A DNA stretch of 64,000 nucleotides from Ascoidea asiatica JCM 7603 (lineage: Eukaryota > Fungi > Ascomycota): NCBI GenBank assembly GCA_001600695.1, contig BCKQ01000007.1, positions 316,713 to 380,712 on the forward strand, given 5' to 3'. The first letter of the stretch is position 1. Each line of letters opens with the position of its first letter. The notes under the pieces were generated by a model. It was given only the letters and a program-made list of their open reading frames with translations. It made no database searches and had not been told where the DNA came from. The position numbers were made by a program, and so were the translations under genes. Shown here in pieces: positions 50,431 to 60,533 of the stretch.

Positions 50431-50964
50431 ATGAAAGTTGCTTTATTAGGTGCTTCTACACAAATTGGACAATCATTATCTTTATTATTGAAATTGAATT
50501 CAAATATAAATGAATTATATTTATATGATAATAATAATTCAATAGGTATTGGAAAAGATTTATCACATATTAATACATCTTGTAAAATTATTAGTTTTGA
50601 AAAGAATCATTCTAGTGACTCCTCTAAATTTATTAATTTTTTAAGAAAATCAAATATTATCATAATTATAAATGAAAAAAATAATTTAAGAAATTTAGTT
50701 AACTTGATTTCAATTAATAATAATTGTAAATTATTAATTATCTCAAATAATAATCTTCAAATTATTGATAATGAATTTATCAATCTTAAAGATAGTAATA
50801 ATAATAAACTAATAGATTTCAATAATGAAAATGAATGTTTGAATCTATCATTGGCTTATGAAGCTTATGATTTTATTCAAAATTTAAATCTCAATAATGA
50901 TAATGATAATGATAGTGACAATTATAATGAAAATTATGATAATTTTTATACAAGTAAATTATAA
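50431..50964 (+). CDS. Internally deleted malate-dehydrogenase-like protein with PTS1 (SKL); probable degenerate MDH3 positional ortholog
   Basis: MKVALLGASTQIGQSLSLLLK, ELYLYD, GIGKDLSHINT, LLIISN and LSLAYEAYDF match MDH segments in order. Ends YTSKL; only 177 aa. Confidence 0.8.
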   Translation: MKVALLGASTQIGQSLSLLLKLNSNINELYLYDNNNSIGIGKDLSHINTSCKIISFEKNHSSDSSKFINFLRKSNIIIIINEKNNLRNLVNLISINNNCKLLIISNNNLQIIDNEFINLKDSNNNKLIDFNNENECLNLSLAYEAYDFIQNLNLNNDNDNDSDNYNENYDNFYTSKL

Positions 50965-51074
50965 TAAATGATTAATACGATGATTGAAGGTGAAAATAAT
51001 AATTGTAGTAGTAAAAGAAATAGTAATAGTAGTAATAATAGTAGTAATAGTAATAGTAAGTATATAAAAAGATT

Positions 51075-51132
51075 ACATAAATGAACATAAATGAACATAA
51101 TTGAACATAATTAAACATAATTGAACATAATT
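51075..51132 (+). repeat. Degenerate 10-mer tandem repeat (ACATAAWTRA), ~6 copies
   Basis: Seen directly between the convergent MDH-like and GSK3 genes. Confidence 0.8.
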
Positions 51133-51317
51133 AGATAATTAAAAGTAATTTAAAGATAAATTTTTTAATAAAAAAAACAAATAAAATTGATAAAAATTGA
51201 TAAAATTAATAAAAACATATGAAAAAATATGAAAATATATGAAAATATATAAGAATATATAAGAATGATTAATATAATATGAAAATAATATACTATATAT
51301 AAATACATATATAATTA

Positions 51318-52802
51318 TTATATTTTATTTAAATTTGGAATAAAAATATTTTTCAAATATAAATTATTTTTTAATTCATAATCTGTAAAATCAAATAAAT
51401 TTGGTACATTAATATATTCTAATTTATCTTGATATAAACTGATAACTTGATTTAAATTTAAATATTTATTAGTATTATTATTGATATTATTATTTATAAT
51501 AGGAATGTTATTATTATTATTATTATGATTATGATTATTATGATTTCCTGAATTTAATAAAGGTATTGGATAATAATTATCTAATAAATTTCTAAAATTT
51601 GGTAATTTGAAATTATAATTTTTTTGTAAAATTGCAAAATCTCTTAATTCATTGAAAAAATCCAATGATAAAGAATCTAAAGCAGAAATTCTTTCAATTG
51701 GAGAATAATCTAAAAATCTTGACAAAATTTTTATTGTTGAATCATCTATTATATAATTTCTAGTTATACTTGAATGATTATTATTATTATTATTAGAACT
51801 TTGCTGATTATTATTACTATTATTATTACTATTATTATTACTATTATTATTATATTTGTTTAAAACTTTTAATAATGGAATTGGTTTAATTTGTGGAAAT
51901 TTATGATCCATATAAGATGGATTCATTGCTTTAATTTGATTTCTATTTGGAGTACCTAAAACTTTAATAATTTCAACTAATTGATCAATACCACTTTCAC
52001 CAGGAAATAAAGGATGACCTAAAATTAATTCTGACATTACACAACCAACAGACCAAATATCAATTTTAGTTGTATAATTTATTGAACCAAAAATTAATTC
52101 TGGAGCTCTATAATATCTTGAACAAATATATGAAACATTTGGTTCATTTAAATTTAAAATTTTTGCACTACCAAAATCACATAATTTTAATTCTAAAGTA
52201 AATGGATTAATTAAAAGATTTTGTGGTTTAATATCTCTATGACAAATTTTTTTTAAATGAATAAAATTTAAAGCTCTTAATAATTGATAAATATAAATTT
52301 TAATTTCAATTAAAGGTAAATTAAATTTTTTAATTAAATAATAATGAGAAGTTTTATAAATTGTTTCAGGTATAAATTCAAGAATTAAATTTAAATAAAT
52401 TTCATCATTATTTGAATTTGAATAATAAAAATATTTTAAATTTATAATATTTTTATGATTATTAATTAATTTCATAATTTGTAATTCTCTATTTTTAAAT
52501 CTTTTATCTTGTAAAACTCTTTTAACAGCACAAATTTCATTAGATTCAATAATTTTTGTTTTAAATACAATTCCAAAACTTCCATGACCAACCATTTGAG
52601 AATTTGTATAAGTTATACGTTTCATTTCACCAGTATGACCATCTTGAACCTGTTCAGTTATTAAATCATTTGAATTTTCAATACTTATATTATTATTATT
52701 ACTATTATTTATATTATTGGTATTATTATTTATGATATTATTCATTGAATTTATATTGTTATTATTGTTAATATTGTTAATATTGTTATTATCTGAAGAC
52801 AT
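51318..52802 (-). CDS. RIM11: GSK-3 family kinase (Rim11/Mrk1 type)
   Basis: [55 protein letters not shown] and [20 protein letters not shown]. Confidence 0.9.
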   Translation of the reverse strand: MSSDNNNINNINNNNNINSMNNIINNNTNNINNSNNNNISIENSNDLITEQVQDGHTGEMKRITYTNSQMVGHGSFGIVFKTKIIESNEICAVKRVLQDKRFKNRELQIMKLINNHKNIINLKYFYYSNSNNDEIYLNLILEFIPETIYKTSHYYLIKKFNLPLIEIKIYIYQLLRALNFIHLKKICHRDIKPQNLLINPFTLELKLCDFGSAKILNLNEPNVSYICSRYYRAPELIFGSINYTTKIDIWSVGCVMSELILGHPLFPGESGIDQLVEIIKVLGTPNRNQIKAMNPSYMDHKFPQIKPIPLLKVLNKYNNNSNNNSNNNSNNNQQSSNNNNNNHSSITRNYIIDDSTIKILSRFLDYSPIERISALDSLSLDFFNELRDFAILQKNYNFKLPNFRNLLDNYYPIPLLNSGNHNNHNHNNNNNNIPIINNNINNNTNKYLNLNQVISLYQDKLEYINVPNLFDFTDYELKNNLYLKNIFIPNLNKI

Positions 52803-54580
52803 TAGCTTAAATAAATAAGTTAATGTCCTTAATAAATAAAAATAGAGTCTAAAAAACTGATTATAGATATTTATATATATATATGATTATATATTATATT
52901 ATATTATATTATATTATATTATATTGTATTATATTGTATTGAATGATATTAAGCAATTAATTGATTGAATATGGCTGAGATTTAAAGATTGAATATGAAT
53001 TTAATACGTAAGGAATATAAATTTATAAGTAAATAACAAGATCTTATTTTATATTATATGCTTATTTTATATTATATATTGTTTTATTATATTGAATTAC
53101 TCGTTAATTAGTCTGCAACTAGTATTAAATGATCAAATAATGATTGTTTCACTGTTAATTGAATGATTTATTGAAGTTTTAATGATATAAATAGTGAAAT
53201 GATATTAAATGATATTAAATGATATGAGATTGATATTTAATAGGATAAATAATAATAGGATAATCAGATCTTGATAGAATAAAATAAAGTAATAATGGTA
53301 GTAGTAGTAAGGGTAGTAGTATTGGTGGTATTCCCTACAGAAGCCAGCTGAGTGACAATCCCAGGCCCAGAAATCCACTCCAGCAAATGATCAATCGCAG
53401 CATTTTATTCTGTAAGGAAACTGCTCTGCATACTGAAGAAACTGAACCTTAGGGAATAACAGCCCTCGGAGTGTGGCGTGTGTGCGTGTGTGTTGTGTGG
53501 GGTGGGTCACCTGCCGCACAGGGACAGGGCTCGCCAGGGATCAGTGCACAACATTAGGACACCCAGGGACTCGCTGCATCCCCAGCCATTTGATTCATCA
53601 AAATTATCTTCTTTTCTTGCTTCTGCTGTTTCTGGTGCTAGAGGTGCTTGTGGGTTTGTGACTCTGGTGTTCTGTTCTGGTGTTCGTGTCCTGATGGTAA
53701 TGGTAATCGCTTTTAATTAGACGCGCTTTTTCTTCCATGGATCCTTGTATTTCTCTGATTTCTTTCTCTTTGCGAGCCCTTGTTCCTATTTCTATCTCCT
53801 TGTTCTACAACAGTGGCAATGTTGCACCCTTTTTAGCGTTGCTTGTTCTCGTGTTCTCCATTTTCTCCATATTCATGCGCCTCTTCTTGCACTTCTTTCC
53901 CCAGATTATTCCGCCACTTTTTCACATATTTTTATTTAGAAGTTTCCTATTTGGTACTAACCTTGTTACTTAATCTTTTAATTTCACCTTCTTTACGTAT
54001 CATAAACAATATTAAAGATAATTCAAGATAGTCAGCCAGATACTCGATTAATATAAAAGGCTTTCATTTCCTCAATTATTAAAAAGAATATAAATCAATC
54101 AACCAACAATCAATGAAAATGTGTTTGTAATGGAAGAAAGACACCAATTTGGTTAGAAACAAAATTAGAATATCCTTTCAATTGGATATCAATAATTACC
54201 TTTAAATAATATTAAAATATCTCTATAATAATGTATATTACTTTCGATATCTTTCCATAGAAAAGTTGAAATAATAATTTTGCCAATCAAATATGATAAC
54301 CAGATAGAATGAGACCTCTTCACAGGCTATTTTTCACAATTTCAGTTTTTTTCATAAATTCACTCTATAAATTGTATTTAGTCTCGTTAAATTCACATTT
54401 CATTTCAATTTAAAAGTTTCCTATTTTGTAATATATTAAATAATTTAGATACAAACTAAATATAAATCATATATTTTACATATCTTTATATATATATATT
54501 AATGTCCTTATTTTTCTTCTTTAATTTTTTTTTTTTCTTAATAAAAAAACTTCAATTAAAACTTATTAATTGAGTTTAAA

Positions 54581-57500
54581 ATGAGTAATATCATTCCAAA
54601 TAATGATAGTAGTAAAAATAAAGGAAATTTAGTAACTAAATCTAAAAAAAAACTACTTTCAAAATTGAAAACAAAAATATCCAAAAATGAAAATGATAAT
54701 GAAATTGATTATAAAAAAAATCCATTTGAGAATATTGAAAATATTAATAATTTACAAATAGATTTAAATAATAATCAAAATGTTTCTTTGAATTATTCAA
54801 TTTCTTTACCAAATCCAAATATTTTATCTAATCAAATTTTATCAAATATTTTTAAAAATTTTATAAATATAAATATAAATAATAATTCAATTATATATAA
54901 TTCTTTAAATGAATTATTGGCTTTCATCAATATTGATTCAAATTTTATTCATATAAATAATTTTAATTTTAAAATTTCTTGGTTTAAAATTTTTAATAAA
55001 TTTATAATTCATGATTCATTACAAATTAAAGTAATTACAACAAACATTCAATTCAAATTATTATATTTATTTAAATTAAATTCAATGTCAATAAAAAGTT
55101 TGGAAATTTATTTTTTACCAATTTTAATTTTAAATAATTTTAACTCAATTGATTCAATTTCAGATCAAATTAAATCTAATTTATCTTGTTATTATGATTT
55201 AAATTCATCCTTAATAAATTATAAATCTGAAATTCTTTATTTAATTTATGATATATTATTTATACAAGATTATAATACTTTATCAAATGAAAATGCTTTA
55301 AAAAATTTTAATTCAAGAAAAATTAAACATTATAATTTAATCAATAGTTCTTTAAATTTATTAAATTATTGGGTTTCATTATTATTAAAAGATTTTAAAA
55401 ATTCAGAAAATTTATAGATCTTAAAAATTATTTTAAATAAAATTTTTTCAAAAAAATATTTTTATAATTTAATAATTTTAAAAAATTTAAACAACTTTGA
55501 TATAAATGATTTAAAATTAAATTTTATTAACTTATTAATTTCAAATAATAATTTAATTTTAATTGATTTATTTGAAAATACTTCAAAAATTTTCAAATAT
55601 TTAATTGAAAAATATTTTAATTTTTTAAACTCTTTAAATTTCCCTTTAAATTCAAATTTAATAAAACCTTCACTTAATTTTTTGATTCAAATTAATAGGA
55701 TTTCAAAAGGAAATGCTTTTAATGTTTTCAATAAAAAAAATAACAACAATATTATTAATTTAAAAATTTTAAAAAATTCAATTATAAACTTTTTGAAATT
55801 TGCTTCTTCTCAAAATAATTTATCATATTATTCTTTAATTGAAGATTTATTATTAATTAATAATTTTAATCCAATTATAATAGATTATAATTCCATTCTG
55901 GATTTTAATTTTTATATAAATGAAATAAATTTAATCAATAATGATTGCGATAAAGAAAATAATTTTAATTTTTCTTTAAATTTATTCTTAAGTAAGATTT
56001 TAAATAAATTTTATTATAATTTTCATATTAAACCAATTTCAAATAATGGAAATATAAATATTTCTGAACTTAATTCTTTAAATTCCCCTTTAAAAGATTA
56101 TTTAATAAATATTTTAAGTTCTATTAATTTCAAAATTATTATAATTGATAATATTTTCAAAAATTTAAATTCTTCTGAAATATCTAATTTATTTAATGAA
56201 CTTTCAAATCAAACTTTTTACTCTAATTCAAACTCTTCAATCTTCAATCAATCGAGCAATATTATCAGCGAATATAATAAAAATGAAAGTAAATTTTCAA
56301 ATTTTACTTATAATTTTTTAAATGTATTAAATTTAAATAATCAATCAGATTTATTAAAAAAATTATTATTAAGCTCTATTGAAACTGTGAATGATTCTTT
56401 ATATATATTAAATACTGATTATAATGTACTTTCTGATAAAATTATTATAATAACTCAATTTATTAGTTTAAATTTAATAAATTTCAAAGATATAATTAAA
56501 ACTTTTCTAAATACGGATTTACAACGTTTGCTAACTTACAATCTCAATTCAACTATTTTCAGATTAATTGCTTCTTTTATTTTAAATCAAAACTTTTTTG
56601 ATCCTATAATTGTGCATTTATTATTAAATAAAATTACTGTTAATTGCCAAAATTTATTAGAAGTGAATAACAATTCTGAGATTATAAGTCAAAATAATAA
56701 TCCCGATTTATTTTTTTCTTTTTTAAAAATTTTATCAAAAACAAATTTAAATGAAAAAATTGCCAATTCTAAAGATGAAAGTTTCTACAAATATCTATTA
56801 AAAATTTGTAGAAACTTTGATTTCATTCAAGAACAATCAGATAAATTTATTATATTAGAATTTATAGATTGTGATCTATATTTGGTGCTATTACAGAGAT
56901 CTGTACTATTTATAAAAGAAGAATGTTTAACAGTTAAGATAGATAAACTTTCAAATAAAGAATTTTTAATTAAAGGATTATCTAGTTTTAAAAGTGATGA
57001 TTACCTTTTGAGTTATTTTCTATTTATTTGGAAGGCTATAGGATCCGGAAAAATTGATAACAAACTTCAACCAGCTTTAAACTTTATTGAGATATTGAAT
57101 TCCCTTGATGATCTTCCTTATTTATATAAAGTATCTTTGGAAAATTATATAAAATCACTTTCCTTAAATCATTGCTTTAAAGAAACTCTATCCAATATTA
57201 TTAAAGTTATAAATCCAAAATTCTTTGAGAAACTACTACCAAATAATGATCAATGGAATGAAATTATCCAACAAAGTGCAAAAGAAGTTTGTATTCCAAA
57301 TTTGTTGATATCAAATCCTATGGAAGCGGGGTTTTCTTTGGTTAAAATTACAAATACTTCACTTAGTAATTCTGGTTTAGTTTCCAATATGAAAATTTCA
57401 GTATTTTATTTGAATTTATACTCTCTTTTAAAGAACAAGTCCAAAAATCTCACCATTTCTATTGTATATCTAGCTATAATGAGCGAGTTATTTCAGGATT

Positions 57501-59629
57501 ATATATTTTTAAACGAATTTACAGAAAATGAGTTTAGTATTTTTAGGAGTTTTAAAAAGGAAATTTTATTTTTATTATACCGGTGTCATAAAAATGAAAC
57601 TTTTAAAAATATTTATGATATTTTAACGAATCATCAACCAACTATTTCTAATGGAGGTGGTAATAGTTTATGCTTTCAAGTTATAAAGAGAATATCCGAT
57701 TATTCTATAAGTAGTTTTTACTTTGGTAGAATTTTTGTGCTTTTGTTGAACGATATGGCAGAAGAATGGACTCTTAAAGACCTTTTAATAATTAACATGG
57801 ACATAATGTTAGTAATTGCTTCAGAAAACCCTGGACTATTTTCTTCTTTTATAAAGGGGATAAAAAAATTTATTCCAAGAGATTTTTTTGATACTTTGAG
57901 AAATTTTTATGCGGACCAAATTGTATCAGTTTTAGATGCTACAAATAAGCAAAAGCAAGTATTAACAAATATGATTTTGTTAAATATTTTAATTGGTGAC
58001 AAAAATCTTATAAAAGCAAATGAGCATCGTTTCTTAGCACAAAAGAATATATTCTTACTAATTGAGAAATTATGTGATTGGACCAAAGAAAATCTGTTTT
58101 CCTATTTGATTAGAGTTCAGACACTAATATTTACTGAAAATTTTTTTGTACATTCAGAAGGTAAAAACCAACAAATATCTTTATTTGTTTTGGGAATTGA
58201 TTTATGTAGGGATAGTCTTGAGAATTTCGAAAGAAAGGTTCAAAATAAGCTTGATAATATCGAATTATTTTATTTCATACTAAAATTACTTGTGTCGTTG
58301 AGCAGTAAAAGGGAGACATATATTGAAATCTGGAATCAAAAAAATGGGTTTTCTTTATATAACCAAGTGTTTGAAATATTATTAATGGGTTTAAAAGAAA
58401 AAAAAAATATTGGCCCAATATTATTATGTAATGAAAAGTGCTGTGAATTGTTTCAAGATGTTCCTGTAAATTTTTTCAGGGAAAATATAGTTGTTTCAGG
58501 AACTTTACTTCATTCAAATTATATTTCAATTCAAAGAATTGGAGCTAGAATATGTCATATGTCAATACCTGAAAGCCAAGAAAATTTAAAAAAGATGGTT
58601 GAAATAAGTGATGAAAAGCTTGAACACAATAAATCCATTAGTCTTCCTGCATATTTAATTAACAATATCAGTGATGGGCCTCAGGAACTTTTTGGAGTTG
58701 ATGTAAATAAGAAATTGATGAAATATCTATGGAGTTGGTTATTAATCATGGATTATTTTCAAATTTCCAATAATAAAATCCAATCTATCTATCTAAGACA
58801 ATTTTTTGATCAAAACGGATCGGTGTTAATCGAAAATTTATTAAACTTTATCTGTGAAAAAATAGAGTTTTCAGACGTTTATATATCATCATCATTTGAG
58901 AATGAAATTGACATTGAAGATATTAAAAATTATCAAATTTTGTGTTGCTCATATGAAAATAGTTCTGATTTCAGAAATGAAAGTAAAGCTTTACTAGCTC
59001 ATTTATATTTGTTATGCCTTCAAATTTTTGAACATCAATCAAGGGAATTCTATTCCAAAATTACAAATTCTCCTTTGAAAATAGGAATTGAAACATTCAC
59101 CAAAAATTTGCTAACTCCCATTATTTTGGATAAGAAACTCGATAAGACTAAAGAACAATTTGAACTATATTCTCCAGCTTCTAGCAAGGATATAGATGCA
59201 AATGTTAATGTGGATAAAAACTTAAAAGAAATTCAATATAATGGCTCTTGTGCAGAACAGAATATACTGATTACATTCAAACTCCCCGAGTCTTATCCCT
59301 TGGGGATTATAAAGATTGAAGAGTTAAACAATCTGGATTTTCCTTCGAATGACTTAAAAGAATTGATAACTCGAACGAATGACTTTCTAAATAAGACAAA
59401 TGGCTCAATTGTTGAAGCACTAAAAATGGTTAATGGGGAAATCATGACAAATTTAGTCGAATCATGTTCCATATGTTTTTTTCCTATGAAAGATGGTGAG
59501 CAACTGCATTGTGGTACTTGTTTGACTTGTAAACACAAATTCCATTTACAGTGTTTGCAAAAATGGTTTGATAGTTCTCATAGAAAAAGTTGTCCTCTTT
59601 GTAGGTCTTTGACTGGATTTACATCATAA
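54581..59629 (+). CDS. RKR1: Listerin/Ltn1 (Rkr1)-like E3 ligase, copy A; one reading frame interrupted by a single TAG at 55415-55417 (pseudogene, readthrough or sequence error)
   Basis: The two track ORFs (54581, 55682) share a frame, and the 88 codons between them are open. N-terminus VSLNYSISLPNP, SWFKIFNKFIIHD, NTLSNE resembles the Ltn1 NTD. Also YLWSWLLIMDYF, RWD FKLPESYPL, NGSIVEAL and C4HC3 RING CSIC..CLTCKHKFHLQCLQKWF..CPLCRS. Orthology versus paralogy is uncertain. Confidence 0.85.
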
Positions 59630-60533
59630 ACATCAAAATGGATTTTAGAGCATAAAATTAATAAGTTTTAAATTTTTGATTTCACCATAATAATTTCATT
59701 TCTTTTTTTATCTTTTTTTTTTTTATCACATTCTATCCAACAATCAAAGATTTTTTTTTTTATATGAATGAATATCCAATACTTGTTATTTTACTTATCC
59801 AAGACCGTAATAAATCATTACAGTAGAGTTGCAACAGCGTACTCAAAACTGAAAATAAAAATAAATCCTGAAGCCAGGACAAGGATGTCCTATATTTATA
59901 GTCAACGTCCTGAGTTGCTAGTACGTGTCCGTGAATCAGAGTTCTGGCTCTCAAATGAAAGCAGTGATCAGCATTTATCCGAGTTGCAATTCACAAGCAA
60001 TAAAAGTAAGGTGCTTTACATATTCATAATAAATAGAATTGCTAAAACAATGTATTTCAGGGAATCAAAGCAACCTTTCAAAATAGTAAAAAATATAGCT
60101 GCTCAAAAAGAAGACAATTGGAATTTTCAATACAATGTGTCTTTATTATAAATTAGAGGAAACACACCTTATTGGCTGAGTTGAGTAACACTATTGCTTT
60201 TCATGTTCATTGCTATAAAAATAATGAAATTTTAATACATTAAAAGCAAATATAGAGAATATTTACAATCAATGAAAAAAAGTATATCAAAAGGGGATTT
60301 TTCCCCTAGAAAATTTTCAAAATCAAAATTATTAAGTGCTTTAATTATATCATTAAATTTTGTTAAGTTTTTAATTTCTTTAACAATAATTTTTTTCATT
60401 TTCAATATATAAAAATCTGATAATCATATTAATTATCCTCAAATTTCTTTATAAATTCATTTAGTGATAAAGAATAAATAGAAAATTCAGTCATAAACAA
60501 AATCAAAAATAATCATTTCTGAAACTAACAAAC

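Noticed and set aside
53471-53496. Telomere seed or telomerase RNA template
   Set aside because: The TG tract is short and irregular. I found no Sm site or convincing donor site arranged as in yeast telomerase RNAs, and the species telomere repeat is unknown.
53473-54031. Several overlapping 62-80 aa ORFs in the GC island
   Set aside because: Expected from locally low stop-codon density; no recognisable domains, and codon usage is unlike the real genes.
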